DNA from: Hypanus sabinus | Lineage: Eukaryota | DNA length: 64,000 nucleotides | Reading direction: 5' to 3' | Assembly: GCF_030144855.1 (NCBI RefSeq) | Contig: NC_082730.1 | Location: forward strand, 13,454,001-13,518,000 | In this document: positions 12,269-23,959 of the stretch, in pieces | How the letters are laid out: the number at the start of each line of letters is the position of its first letter | How positions within the stretch are numbered: position 1 is the stretch's first letter | The notes under the pieces: generated by a model | Seen by the model: only the letters and a program-made list of their open reading frames with translations | Database searches by the model: none | What the model was told of the DNA's origin: nothing | Translations under genes and position numbers: made by a program

Positions 12269-14151
12269 TTGGAAAGGTCACTAAGCGTGTAGGTGTTCTC
12301 CCCTAGGATCTCAGAGATTTTATTGAAATTCTGAGACTTATGGATTAGACTGGCATTCAAGCTAACTGAAGTTCATATTGGCCCCCTTTAGCTCTCTGTG
12401 CTTGTTCAGTGTTCTCACCCATTCTCCCTTTTTGCTGATTGTTAGGCTTGGGGTTTGGGGTTCGATGTTCTTTTTACTGGCTCACTATGTGAGCAAACTA
12501 TGGGGGGGTCTGTGGGGTGGTGTGGGTTGTGGTTTGGGGATTGTGAATTTTTGTCTTTTTTCTTTTCTTACAGGGGAGTTGATGTATTTTCTTTCAACTA
12601 TATGGTTTTTCTGTACTTTCTGGCTATCAGGAAAGGACGAATCTCAGAGATGTGTTCTGCAGACATATTTTTATAATAAAATGAACCTTTGAGCCTTTGA
12701 ATATTTGCAAAATCCAAAGGAAGTATACACGCTGCCTTGCTTACTTCGTAATTTCACTTTATGTGCTGGGCCCAAGGCAGATCCTTTGAAATAATAACAC
12801 GGAGGAATTTAAAATCGCGTCCCTCTCCATCTCTGATCCTCCGATGGGGACTGGCTCATGGACCTCTGGTTTCCTCCTCCTGAAGTCAATCATCAGCTCC
12901 TTGAACTTGCGGACATGCTCAGGTTGTTGTTATGCCACCACTCAGCCGGATACTCAATCTCCCTCCTATATGCTGATTCATCCCCACCTTTGATTCAGCC
13001 CGCGACAGGAGTGTCATCAGCAAACTTGAATATGACATTGGAGCCACGCTTAGGCACACAGAAACAAGTGTAAAGCGAGTCGAGCAGTGGGCAAAGACCT
13101 CACTAACTGGGTGTGAAACCAGTGTGCAAAAGGACAACAAACTGTGCAGATACAAAAAGAAAGAAATAAAAATAGTAAATTAATAAGCAATGAATAGCGA
13201 GAACATGAGATGAAGAGTTCTTGACAGTGAACTCATGGGTTCTGGGAACTCGCCAAGACAACATTTAGTCATGCCCTCTTCTCACTCCTACTGTCAAAGA
13301 TTTTGAAACCTGATATCCCACACCATCAGGTTCCGGTGCAGCAGCTTTCCTGTGACTATTAGGGTCCCTTACACTACCATGTACTGGTCTCTAGTTGTGC
13401 TTTTTTCCAGTCTGATGTCATGTTTTACACAGTTTCTTTGTTCTGCGTTTGTCTGAAGCTACATGGCCGTGTTGCTGCTGCAAACAGATTTTACCATGTG
13501 ACTGTACCTCACAGTGCTTGTGCGCGTGACCATAAATTCAACTTGTCACCAAGAACTAGCTGCTCTTCCTCACGGCACCAAAACAAAATCTTCCATGGAA
13601 TTGCTTCACCCACTCGAGGACCTTCCACCTTCCAACCACAAATATCAGAATCTGTCGACTGAGGATCTGCTTAAGACCACCCTCAACCTAACTCCTCCCT
13701 ACTGGGGTAAACATCGTGACCACCCCTTCCTTAGTTGTACTAAAGCTCATGCCTGCTTTCCTTGATGCCACTCTGTCCTTCAGTCTGGTTCTGTGCGTTA
13801 ATCAATGATCAGCTTTATTCTCCGTATACATTTACATGTATTAGGAATTTGCAGTGGTGTGTTAGTATGATATAAAACAGAAAACAACACCATTTAGCAA
13901 TTATAAGAATACAGAATTATCTAGAAATAAAATTAGATGTGCTGTGTACACATCGGCTACACACAACACCACAACAGACTCTGAAGTTACTGCAGGATCC
14001 TGCAGACTGAGTGTTCAACCATTAGTTGAACCATCGAATGAGGGAACAACATCAGCAGTTCCTGTTTTTCATCAGCCCCTTTGACAAAAACACTTCAGAC
14101 TTCTTGTTAATAATTCTAAAGATCAGGTTACATTATAAAATAATGATTTAC

Positions 14152-14248
14152 CTGATGTGAAGCCAACAGAGATGAGTGCCAATAAAGCGATCGATTCCAC
14201 AATCCTGGGCTGTTTCTGGTGGGTGAGTTCACCCTGCAGCAGCTCCAT
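14152..14248 (-). pseudogene. Gene C leader (signal peptide) exon
   Basis: 97-nt coding exon MELLQGELTHQKQPRIVESIALLALISVGFTS-G|gtaaat; same length and phase as the leaders of genes A and B. Confidence 0.85.
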
Positions 14249-14387
14249 ATTTCAGCAGTGTCAACCTGATCAGGTCCCTGTACTGTGTCTGAGTTGGTCA
14301 CTTCCTTATTCAGATATCTCAAAGAGAACAGTTCCTTTTCTGGTTAAAAAAAAACAAATGAACTGTGGAATGAGGTTAGTTTTGTGC

Positions 14388-14402
14388 CTCACTTCCTGAC
14401 TC
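14388..14402 (-). promoter_or_regulatory. Conserved ETS (PU.1-like) promoter motif, gene C
   Basis: ctcacttcctgactc (minus strand GAGTCAGGAAGTGAG) 140 nt upstream of ATG; identical 15-mer in genes A and B. Confidence 0.65.
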
Positions 14403-16502
14403 TCCCATGATGAAGGCACCAATCAGGACCACGCTGGGACTGTCTCGGCAGCCTGTGTTGGAGTGGCTATTTCCTGCACTGTGAGCTCACTGTGCCAGAA
14501 ATGTGCACTTCCCTCATCATGCACAGCACCAATCTGTCCAGCCTTCCTCAACGTCACATGCATTCTTCTCATAAACGTATAAACCTACCGCAGGTCCACC
14601 AGAGTTCACATTACAAACACCTTAAAAGAGAATACAGGCATGTTATCTTTGGAGGATGGAGAAAACAAGGGGTGAAGAAGTACCGAAGCTGTATTCTGGA
14701 ACAGGAAACAGGACTCTGAAAAAATTCAATGCATCCACGTGGGCAAAAGTTTTAAGTGTATATCACTGTATATCACTTTGTATCACTGAATCAGGATTGA
14801 GAGGTGAAACAGCAAAGACAGCCAGTATATGGCAGTATGAAGAGGAGTGGACTAGATCCTGATGGGGAATGGGTGGAATCAGACGGTAGGAGATAATATA
14901 GGCTGAGCCATTTGTGAGGAAAGAATGGAAAAGGTGAAACAAGGGAGAAGACATCTAGGTGGACAGGTGAGTGTTTGTATTAGGAAAGCACCTACTCTGC
15001 TGGTTATCTGAAAATTCATACTCCTGTGTTGTAAGCTCTGCTGGAAGATTTGAGTGGTGGAACTGCCTATTTCAGATGAAGTGTTGATAACTAGCAGAAG
15101 TGAGCAATAGCCCCAACTTGGAATGTAAAACTGGGAAGTAACTCTGATGCTTCCTCATTCCAGAAGCACATTTGCTTTTACCAGACAATTGTATTTACTG
15201 TGAGGGTCCTGTGGTTCAAATGTTTTTAAAGATGAAAGATTAAAAGATAAAGATTAGCTTTATTTGTTACATGTACAGTGAAATATGTCATTTGCATCAA
15301 TGACCAGTACATTCTAAGGTTATGCTGGGATAGCCTATAATTGTCATTATACTTCAAGCGCCAATGTAGCATGACCAGAACTGACTAATCCTAACCCATG
15401 TCCTTGGAACGTGGGAAGAAACTGGAACACTGGAGGAAATGCCCACGGTGAAGCAAAGAAAGTATAAAGTCCTTACAGACAGTGGCAGGAATTGAACACC
15501 AATGATTAACTGCTAGTGACTGCAATGCCTGACCTGCTATGTGAGATGTCTGTGTAAATTCAGTGGGTGATACTCTTTGGCCAGAATGGTATTGGTTCAG
15601 ATCCCATGCCAGAATCCTAAGCTCTGAGGGAGCTTGGATCTTTCAGAGGTGCTGCCTGCCACTTTGATGAGACTTATAGCTGAGAGGCTGTCTGCTCTCT
15701 CAAAACCCTGAGAAAGTTCACCTGACGAGATTTTATAACAGGGTAGGAAAGGTACTCCTCTTTCTAGGGCAAGAATTATCCCTGCACCCAGGGAAAACAA
15801 GGCAGGCAGTGTCCTCATCCATTCCTTGCTGTTTGCAGGAGCTTCCTGTGCAGAAATTGTCTTCCTCTTTTCAGTCACTGAAAGGAGTCAAGAAGTCAGC
15901 ACAGTATTAGGAGCCTGTACGACTGTCAGTCATTTGTCTTCAGCTCAAAGCCCTCGTGCTGAGAGCAACATTATGGCTGACTGACTTTTGTCCACTCTGT
16001 TGATCAGAATTTTTCAAATGACATTGCTAAATGTGAGGAACAAAATTTTTTTCAAAACAAAAAGATTTAGTTAATGCAGAATCCACAGACCCATGGATAC
16101 AACAGTCTGCGCCACTTCAGGTGGGTGAACTCACCCTCCCTCCAAGAGGAGCACAGCCTTGTTGTGGTTAGGAGGCTTGCATGTCTCGCTGACCAGGGAG
16201 CTATATTGGCTGGATTGATGGATTTATGCTACGGCTCTTGGTAGTGTCTCCACAGCCAGCATGTCAAAAGGTACAGGACAGACTTAAGAGTGGTCCAATG
16301 GTCCTCCAGATTTGGGAGATTATCTCAGGGCTAACAACCATGATTGGGAAAACAAAACTGTTAAGGAAACCGCAATGAAGAATCTGTGTGCGAGGGTGAC
16401 CAAACACAGACGAAGATGGAGGACCTTTACTGTTGCTCTCAGTGTAATGGGCAGTAAGTAGGAACCACTTCTGTGCTTCAGCTGTGTTGAATCAGTTGTG
16501 TC

Positions 16503-17176
16503 TGTAACGTTCTCCTTCGCGTGTACTAATAACGCCGAATTCAACGTCGAGATAAACCACAGTCAATGACACCAGATCGCAGTAAGATTAACCATTCACT
16601 GTTCACTCTTCACATTAACATATGGTGAAAACTGTTGATAAAACAATACAAGATTGATACAGTATTTGTTCCTTCCTTAATATCACATTTCAATTGTAAA
16701 TACTTGCAAAGGTGACTATAACTACATTACACTAAGGTGCAGTATACAGGCAGAGTTTACCTGCTCCATTGACTACTTTAAATACACTTCAATGCAAACT
16801 ATCCGCAACTCTTTAACTAACGAAAGCATAAACATTATCGACCGTCGTTACTTTTAACAGGATCGGCATTAACATCTTAGTTCAATATATCGATTATCTA
16901 TTAACTTACAGCGTTGCTCTCACTGTGATTTCTCATGCCTGCAAAACAACTTCTGCTCAGGTCTGCCTCGTGGTGAGCTCCCCACCCTCGCGTTGATCTC
17001 AAACCGGTATTTTCCCACAAGACGCGGCGAAACCGGATGTGACGTCATCGCATGCCGATATATTTTACATGCAATGAATATACTTTAAACACTTCTAATT
17101 CTAACTAGAAAACACTATCGAATGAATTACTAAGCGAAAATATTATAAACTAAATAACTGTCGTAAAGACGGCACA
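16503..17176 (-). repeat. 3' LTR of element 1 (674 bp)
   Basis: 7 substitutions and 1 indel versus 23287-23959 by eye; contains CRE TGACGTCA (17040-17047) next to an ETS-like ccggatgt. Confidence 0.97.
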
Positions 17177-17233
17177 CTCCCCGCTTGACCTTCGTAAGGT
17201 CATAATGAACAGAGTACAAACTTAGTCTCTTAA

Positions 17234-20200
17234 TCAGTCATTAGGTAGAAGTAGAATAACTTCTGTAACTGGCCTTTGGTAAATTTTCACATCGCCTTGG
17301 TCGGTAGTCTTCAATTTGATCTTCCTGACATGTCCATCCCCGCTAGGGAATGTAGCAGTGATTCTGGCCATTGGCCAGCTGTTGCGGGTGATCTGCTTGT
17401 CCCTGAGCAGGACTAAGTCTCCAACTTGAAGATTCCTGCGGGGTTCTGTCCACTTTTGTCTCTGTTGCAACAAGGGTAGATATTCCTGTCTCCAGCGAGA
17501 CCAGAACTGATTTGCCAGAGCCTGGACTTGTCTCCATTGCTTTCTGTACAAATCCTTGTCTGAGAAGTCTCCTGGTGGAGGAGGTGCTCCTGCCTTCTGT
17601 GTAAGGAGCATTGATGGCGAAAGGATGAAGGGGTTTTCTGGGTCAGAGGACACCGGCAGGAGTGGTCGTGAGTTCATAATGGCTGTGACCTCTGCCATTA
17701 GGGTGCACAGTACCTCGTGGGTCAATCGGGTGCGTTGCTGCAGAAACATTGAATCCAGAATTCTTCTGGCGATCCCAATCATCCGCTCCCATGCGCCTCC
17801 CATGTGGGAGGCGTGTGGTGTGTTGAACTCCCAGTTGCATCCCTGTTGACTGAGGTACCTTTGCACTGCTTTGTCCATCCCCAGCTTCTTTGATGCTCCT
17901 ACAAAGTTCGTGCCGCAATCAGATCTTAACTGTTTTGCAGAGCCTCTTATCGCAAAGAATCGCCTGAGAGCATTGATGCAGCTGGATGTATCCAAAGATT
18001 CGATGACCTCAATGTGTACCGCTCTTGAACTCATGCAGCTAAACATGATGGCCCACCGCTTGCTATTTGCTTGTCCTCCTCTGGTGCATCTCGTAGTGAT
18101 AGACCAGGGGCCGAATACGTCGAGTCCCACATTTGTAAAGGGAGGGCAGGCTTCAAGGCGCTCAGGTGGGAGGTCCGCCATGCGTTGAACTTCTAAACTG
18201 CCTTGTAGTTTCCTGCAGGTTACACATTTATGAAGTACCGAATTGATCAGTGTTTTACCTCCCAAGATCCACAGTCCCGCTGCTCTTATTGCTCCTTCGG
18301 TAAGGTGACAGCCCTGGTGCTTTACCTGTTCATGATAATGGCGGGCGAGCAGTAAGGATACATGGCTGCCTTTGGGCAGGAGTACTGGACTCTTTTCTGC
18401 GGCCGGAAGTTGGCAGTGTATTAACCGGCCTCCAATGCAGATGATATTGTTCTTCAGGATCGGGCTGAACTTCCTCAAAGGGCTGTCCTTTGGTATTGGT
18501 TTGTTGACTTGGAGAGCTGAAAACTCCCTTGCGAAAGCCGCTCTTTGCGTTGCTTTGAAGATGACGTCCTTTGCCTGGGCTAATTCGTCCGCGGTGCGAG
18601 GCAAAGTACATTTGTGCCATCCCCTACATTTACTGTTTCGGGATGAATGTTTGTGTGATCTGGCCATATGAATGAGGAACGCAAGTCCTCTCACTAAAGA
18701 ATTCAAAGTGGAGAACCGCCGAAAGCGTTCGTTGGTACGTATCGATTCTTCGAGGTAGGTGGCTCCTGTTTGTATTTGCGGCCGAATTTCCGAGTCTCTC
18801 TCGGGTTCGATCAGTTCAAATATCTCGTTCATTTGAGTCCTTTCTGATGGTGGCTGATGCAGAAAGGGGGGTCCGGTAAACCAGGTTGTCTGAGCCAGAC
18901 GGAATGCAGGTAAGGATCTTGATGCATGGTCTGCAGGGTTATCCTCGGTACGTACATAATGCCATTGTTCGGGTTTAGATGACAGGCGGATGCGTTGAAC
19001 TCTATTATGAACGTACACGTAGAAGCGTTTTGATTCGTTGTAAATATAACCAAGCACGACTTTACTGTCCGTGTAGAACTTGATATCGTCGAACCCTAGG
19101 TCCAGCTTGTCCTGGATAAGGTCTGCCATTTCCACGGCCAGGACGGCTGCGCACAGTTCAAGCCTTGGAATCGTCAGCTCCGACGGAGGAGTGAGCTTCG
19201 CTTTACCCGTTACGAATCCCACTTCGACTTGGCCGTCCTTTCCGACTACTTTCAAGTAAGCCACAGCGCCGATGGCCTTGGTGGACGCATCCGAAAAAAC
19301 ACACAATTCTGTGTGCCATGCCTCGGTGGGTGAGGTCACAGTGTACCTGCGTTGGATATGAAGCTGTTTTAAATCCGGGAGTGAAACTCTCCAAGCCTCC
19401 CACTTGCTTAGCTTGTCTTCAGGTAGGGGAGTATCCCAGTCAGTGGGCTCAGACGTAAGTTCTCTGAGAAGGGCTCTTCCTTGAATCGTAACTGGTGCCA
19501 GTAGACCCAAAGGATTGAAAATACTGTTGACAGTGGAGAGGACTCCACGGCGGGTAAATGGTTTGATCACGGTCGGCACAGAGAATGTGAACGAGTCGGT
19601 CGTTATCTCCCAGAGGAGACCCAAGCTCCTTTGTGTAGGCATGGTTTCTCCATCTAAATCTAGGTCTTTGATTGCTGGAGCACAGTCATCGTGTGGAAAA
19701 GCCTCCATTACTGCCTGACGGTTTGATGCAAACTTATGCAAGCGGAGGTTTGACTCCGCGAGTGAGGCTTGTGTACGTCGGAGCAGATCGATTGCTTCAT
19801 CTTCTGTCCGTAGTGATATCAAACCATCGTCGACGTAGAAGTGCCTTTCTACAAACTTAACGGTGTCGTCACCGTGCTCCTGTGCACCCTCTCTGATGGC
19901 TCTTCGCAGCCCATAGATGGCCACGGCAGGTGACGGACTATTGCCGAAAACGTGGACTTTCATCCGGTACTCGATAACTTCTTTGTTGATGTCGTTGTCC
20001 TTATACCATAAGAAACGGAGGAAATCACGATAGTCTTCCTGTACTAAGAAGCAATGGAACATCTGCTGGATGTCCGCTAAGATTGCGACCTTCTCCTTCC
20101 GGAAGCGCAGCAGGACCCCGAGTAGGGTATTGTTAAGGTCGGGGCCTGTGAGAAGCGCGTCATTTAGGGAGACGCCGGAACACTGGGCACTGGAGTCGAA

Positions 20201-22417
20201 GACCACCCTGATCTGATTGGGTTTTTGTGGATGGTAAACTCCAAATGTTGGGAGGTACCAGCACTCCCCGCCTTCCGGCAGTGGTGGTGCTACTTCGGCA
20301 TGTCCGTTAGCGAAGATCTTTCCCATAAATGCTATATATTGCTGTTGCGTCTCGGGTTTCCGGTTCAGGGTTTTTTGTAGGGACATGAACCGCTTGACCG
20401 CTTGCTCTTTGTTATTTGGCAAGCGCTGGCGTGGTTCTCTGAAGGGTAGTGGGGCGACCCAATTATTTGCTTCATCCCTGAAGACTTTGGTGTCCATCAT
20501 TTTTAAGAAGAAGACGTCTTGAGCTGATGGAGCAAGTTTATTGTCATACTTCGTTTGAGCGAAGACTGACTGGCCCAGCGACTCGTCGCTTGCCTCGCGC
20601 TTGTTAACGCCTTGTTGTGCTTCCTTGATATACATGGAACTTGTGCAGGGTTGAAAAATCGAATGGCGGCCACTCTCTAGCACATTGGTCTTGAGTGTGT
20701 CAACCGTCGGTTTGTGTACGTCACCGAGACACACCTCTCCTATCACCAACCAGCCCAGATCCAGACGTTGCGCGAAGGGGGCGTCGAGTGGTCCATTGAC
20801 CTGCTGCCTAACCTTGTGTACCTGGATAACATCTCTTCCTAATAGCAGGAGTATTTCCGCTTTTGGATCCAGTTCTGGGATGTGTTTGGCGATGTGGTGG
20901 AGATGTGGCTGGTGAAGCACCGCAGTTGGTGTTGGGATCTCAGTGCGGTTATTCATGATTTCATTGCACTCTAAGAGCGGAGGGAGACAGATGACGACTT
21001 TACCACCCAGGGACTTGATCTGGATGCCTTCTGCCTTCCTTCCTTGGGTTTCCATGTTGCCTGAGCAAGTTTTGAGGTAGTATGGGAACTGCTCACTCTC
21101 AATGTTGAACAATTTAAAGAACTCTGGACTGACTAGTGAGCGATTGCTCTGATCGTCCAGAATCACATAGGCTTTGATGGCCTTGTCTTTGGCTCCTTTA
21201 GGGTACACCTTAGTGAGGCAGATCTTGGAACAAGAACGGCTTGACTGAGCTTGACCGCAAACTTCTGTACAGTTCGTGCTGACAACTGTTGACCTAGAGT
21301 GAGCCTCTCCCTCCCTGCCGTCCTGTTGTGGGGGTGAAGGAGCGCCGTCGGTTTGCGGTGACAGGCCGGGATGCATGGCCCTGACGTGATCCGTGCTATC
21401 ACATTCCGGACACTTCACGGCGATCGTACACTCTCTGGCGAGGTGAGAGGTTGAGGAACAGCATCTAAAACATATTCTTTTCTCCTTGAGAAGGGCCGTC
21501 CTCTCTTCAAGGGGTTTTTCCCTAAACATTCTGCATCCTTTGAGGGGGTGAGGTTTGTTATGCAATGGACAATACTTACTAGGGTCGTTGTTAGTTGTAA
21601 GGGCTTCAGTCTTGAGCACTGAGACGGGTTTATCAATGTTGAAAACATTCGAGGAGGATCTACTTGGCTTGGTGTAAATCGTACTGCTTCCTGGACCCAC
21701 GAGGCTAGGGTCGTTTCGCTTCTTCGCCTCCCTGCACACAAACCTAGTGAGGAGCTCAAAGGGAGGAAATCGATCATCGTGCTCTTCCTTGTAATCTAAA
21801 GCAACGGACAGCCACCTGTCCTGCAGCCCAAAAGGAAGTTTGTCCACGACTTGTCTAATCCCGAATGGAGTATCTAGGTATACTAGACCAGCTGAGTAGC
21901 CATCTTCTTTGGCGCCTTGGATCTCCATGAGTAAATCTCCGAATTCTCTTAACTTAATGTGATCTTTGGCTGACACCTTAGGAAAGTTTTCCAGACGTCG
22001 ATATAGCGCCGCTTCAATAACTTCGGGGGACCCATAGCCCTCCCGAAGTCTCTCCCACGCTTTGCTTAAAGCTAGCTTGGGTTTGTTCATGTACACTGAA
22101 CGCATGCGTCTCACCTGTTCGCGTGATTCTTTTCCCAGCCATTTCGCCAGAAGGTCCAACTTTTGGGTTGCACTAAGCTGGACTCTGTCGATCATGTTGG
22201 TGAATGTTGAGTACCATGCACGGTAATTTTCAGGTTTATCATCAAACTGGTACAGTCCCGAAGTGACGAGATCCCGTCGTGCTAAATACTGCATCATGGG
22301 ATCGGCTGTAAGCGGCATGCAGGCTGGAGAAGTACGTTGGCGCCTATATGACTGAGAGTGTACGTTTCTCATGGAATTTGCCGTCCTGGATTCGACCTCT
22401 GCATCTCTTCGCATCAA
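17234..22417 (-). CDS. BEL/Pao Gag-Pol polyprotein (Gag core, 3 Zn knuckles, PR, RT, RNase H, IN), 1727 aa
   Basis: Knuckles CPLHNKPHPLKGC, CFRCCSSTSHLAREC, CPECDSTDHVRAMH; protease ILDDQSNRS; RT ADIQQMFH..FGNSPSP..FYVDDGL; RNase H VFSDAS..PRLELCAA..YTDS..NPAD; integrase HxxxxxH..CxxC, GLDVFGP, SDCGTNF, GAWERM. Confidence 0.97.
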   Translation of the reverse strand: MMRRDAEVESRTANSMRNVHSQSYRRQRTSPACMPLTADPMMQYLARRDLVTSGLYQFDDKPENYRAWYSTFTNMIDRVQLSATQKLDLLAKWLGKESREQVRRMRSVYMNKPKLALSKAWERLREGYGSPEVIEAALYRRLENFPKVSAKDHIKLREFGDLLMEIQGAKEDGYSAGLVYLDTPFGIRQVVDKLPFGLQDRWLSVALDYKEEHDDRFPPFELLTRFVCREAKKRNDPSLVGPGSSTIYTKPSRSSSNVFNIDKPVSVLKTEALTTNNDPSKYCPLHNKPHPLKGCRMFREKPLEERTALLKEKRICFRCCSSTSHLARECTIAVKCPECDSTDHVRAMHPGLSPQTDGAPSPPQQDGREGEAHSRSTVVSTNCTEVCGQAQSSRSCSKICLTKVYPKGAKDKAIKAYVILDDQSNRSLVSPEFFKLFNIESEQFPYYLKTCSGNMETQGRKAEGIQIKSLGGKVVICLPPLLECNEIMNNRTEIPTPTAVLHQPHLHHIAKHIPELDPKAEILLLLGRDVIQVHKVRQQVNGPLDAPFAQRLDLGWLVIGEVCLGDVHKPTVDTLKTNVLESGRHSIFQPCTSSMYIKEAQQGVNKREASDESLGQSVFAQTKYDNKLAPSAQDVFFLKMMDTKVFRDEANNWVAPLPFREPRQRLPNNKEQAVKRFMSLQKTLNRKPETQQQYIAFMGKIFANGHAEVAPPLPEGGECWYLPTFGVYHPQKPNQIRVVFDSSAQCSGVSLNDALLTGPDLNNTLLGVLLRFRKEKVAILADIQQMFHCFLVQEDYRDFLRFLWYKDNDINKEVIEYRMKVHVFGNSPSPAVAIYGLRRAIREGAQEHGDDTVKFVERHFYVDDGLISLRTEDEAIDLLRRTQASLAESNLRLHKFASNRQAVMEAFPHDDCAPAIKDLDLDGETMPTQRSLGLLWEITTDSFTFSVPTVIKPFTRRGVLSTVNSIFNPLGLLAPVTIQGRALLRELTSEPTDWDTPLPEDKLSKWEAWRVSLPDLKQLHIQRRYTVTSPTEAWHTELCVFSDASTKAIGAVAYLKVVGKDGQVEVGFVTGKAKLTPPSELTIPRLELCAAVLAVEMADLIQDKLDLGFDDIKFYTDSKVVLGYIYNESKRFYVYVHNRVQRIRLSSKPEQWHYVRTEDNPADHASRSLPAFRLAQTTWFTGPPFLHQPPSERTQMNEIFELIEPERDSEIRPQIQTGATYLEESIRTNERFRRFSTLNSLVRGLAFLIHMARSHKHSSRNSKCRGWHKCTLPRTADELAQAKDVIFKATQRAAFAREFSALQVNKPIPKDSPLRKFSPILKNNIICIGGRLIHCQLPAAEKSPVLLPKGSHVSLLLARHYHEQVKHQGCHLTEGAIRAAGLWILGGKTLINSVLHKCVTCRKLQGSLEVQRMADLPPERLEACPPFTNVGLDVFGPWSITTRCTRGGQANSKRWAIMFSCMSSRAVHIEVIESLDTSSCINALRRFFAIRGSAKQLRSDCGTNFVGASKKLGMDKAVQRYLSQQGCNWEFNTPHASHMGGAWERMIGIARRILDSMFLQQRTRLTHEVLCTLMAEVTAIMNSRPLLPVSSDPENPFILSPSMLLTQKAGAPPPPGDFSDKDLYRKQWRQVQALANQFWSRWRQEYLPLLQQRQKWTEPRRNLQVGDLVLLRDKQITRNSWPMARITATFPSGDGHVRKIKLKTTDQGDVKIYQRPVTEVILLLPND

Positions 22418-22609
22418 ACTTTGTAAGTTTGGTGTCGAGAAGTATCGGTTGTCAGCTCTTTCATTCTTGACTTCATCACAGAGTCGTGAGGGTAAATTTT
22501 TTTCCTCGTATGGATGTGATGCAATCGTGAATCTCTGAGGTTCCTCGTAGCTGGGGAAGTTATCGAATACGTATGGAGAGGGGAGACGAGCCTGCCTGTC
22601 TATTTGAGA

Positions 22610-23248
22610 TTATACATAGTCGCTTGTGCGTTCCAGTCTGGTCCTTTCTAAAGTAGATCTTACTTTGGTCAGATCACGCGACCCTTCAGCTTCTTCTATG
22701 TACTCTGCTTCCGCCATGGCAGCTTCTTCTTCTCTTTCTAGCTGCAGCACTTGCAACTCTGTCGATATTTTTGCCATTTCCAACTGGGTTTCGGCTTCTC
22801 TGGCGGCCGCTTCACTTTGTCTGGCGGCCTCTTCTCTTTGTCTGGCGGCCCTTTCCTTCTGGATTTCGGCTTCTCTGGCGGCCGCTTCTCTTTGTCTGGC
22901 GGCCCATTCCTTCTGGATTTCGGCTTCTCTGGCGGCAGCTTCACTTTGTCTGGCGGCCCTTTCCTTCTGGATTTTGGCTTCTCTGGTGGCCTGTTCCATT
23001 TTCAAAACTGCTTCTTGTCTGGCGTAACGCAGTCGCACCTTGGCGGCTTCTGCCTTGGCTCTTGCCTGGGTGGACTTACTTGATGCCGCTCTACTGCCCT
23101 TGTCGCTGGGCGCCATCGACTTGATCCCGGATTGAGCTGACATTGCAGCACTTGGAACACCTGATAACGCCTAGGTGGGCTTACTTGATGTCGGTTTACC
23201 ACCCTTGTCGCTGGGCAGCGTCGACTTGATGCTGGATCGAGCTGACAT
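22610..23248 (-). pseudogene. Gag N-terminal repeat/coiled-coil region of element 1, cut off by two nonsense codons
   Basis: In frame with 17234-22417. TAG at 23171-23173 and TAA at 22610-22612, where element 2 has CAG and CAA. Repaired ORF 23248->17234 would be 2004 aa. Confidence 0.9.
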
Positions 23249-23286
23249 TGCAGCACTTGAAACACCTGATAATGCCGCTTTTTCAC

Positions 23287-23959
23287 TGTAACGTTCTCCT
23301 TTGCGTGTACTAATAACGCCGAATTCAACGTCGAGATAAACCACAGTCAATGACACCAGATCGCAGTAAGATTAACCATTTACTGTTCACTCTTCACATT
23401 AACATATGGTGAAAACTGTTGATAAAACAATACAAGATTGATACAGTATTTGTTCCTTCCTTAATATCACATTTCAATTGTAAATACTTGCAAAGGTGAC
23501 TATAACTACATTACACTAAGGTGCAGTATACAGGCAGAGTTTACCTGCTCCATTGACTACTTTAAATACACTTCAATGCAAACTATCCGCAACTCTTTAA
23601 CTAACGAAAGCATAAACATTATCGACCGTCGTTACTTTTAACAGGATCGGCATTAACATCTTAGTTCAATATATCGATTATCTATTAACTTACAGCGTTG
23701 CTCTCACTGTGATTTCTCATGCCTGCAAAACAACTTTTGCTCAGGTGTGCCTCGTGGTGAGCCCCCACCCTCGCGTTAATTTCAAACCGGTACTTTCCCA
23801 CAAGACGCGGCGAAACCGGATGTGACGTCATCGCATGCCGATATATTTTACATGCAATGAATATACTTTAAACACTTCTAATTCTAACTAGAAAACACTA
23901 TCGAATGAATTACTAAGCGAAAATATTATAAACTAAATAACTGTCGTAAAGACGGCACA
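23287..23959 (-). repeat. 5' LTR of element 1 (673 bp)
   Basis: Near identical to 16503-17176; followed on the minus strand by gtgaaaaagcggca rather than a TGG-type PBS. Confidence 0.97.

Larger units (their letters stand above)
16503..23959 (-). mobile_element. BEL/Pao LTR retrotransposon, near full length (element 1)
   Basis: LTR pair TGT..ACA, PPT gtcaagcggggag before the 3' LTR, single gag-pol frame, imperfect 5-bp TSD gtgtc/gtttc. Confidence 0.97.

Noticed and set aside
15597-15878. 93-aa minus-strand ORF between gene C and element 1
   Set aside because: No recognisable motif, no paralog elsewhere in the cluster, no convincing splice context.
17343-23356. Numerous 60-130 aa ORFs overlapping the BEL polyprotein
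   Set aside because: Antisense or off-frame shadows of a long coding region and its repeats; no independent motifs.
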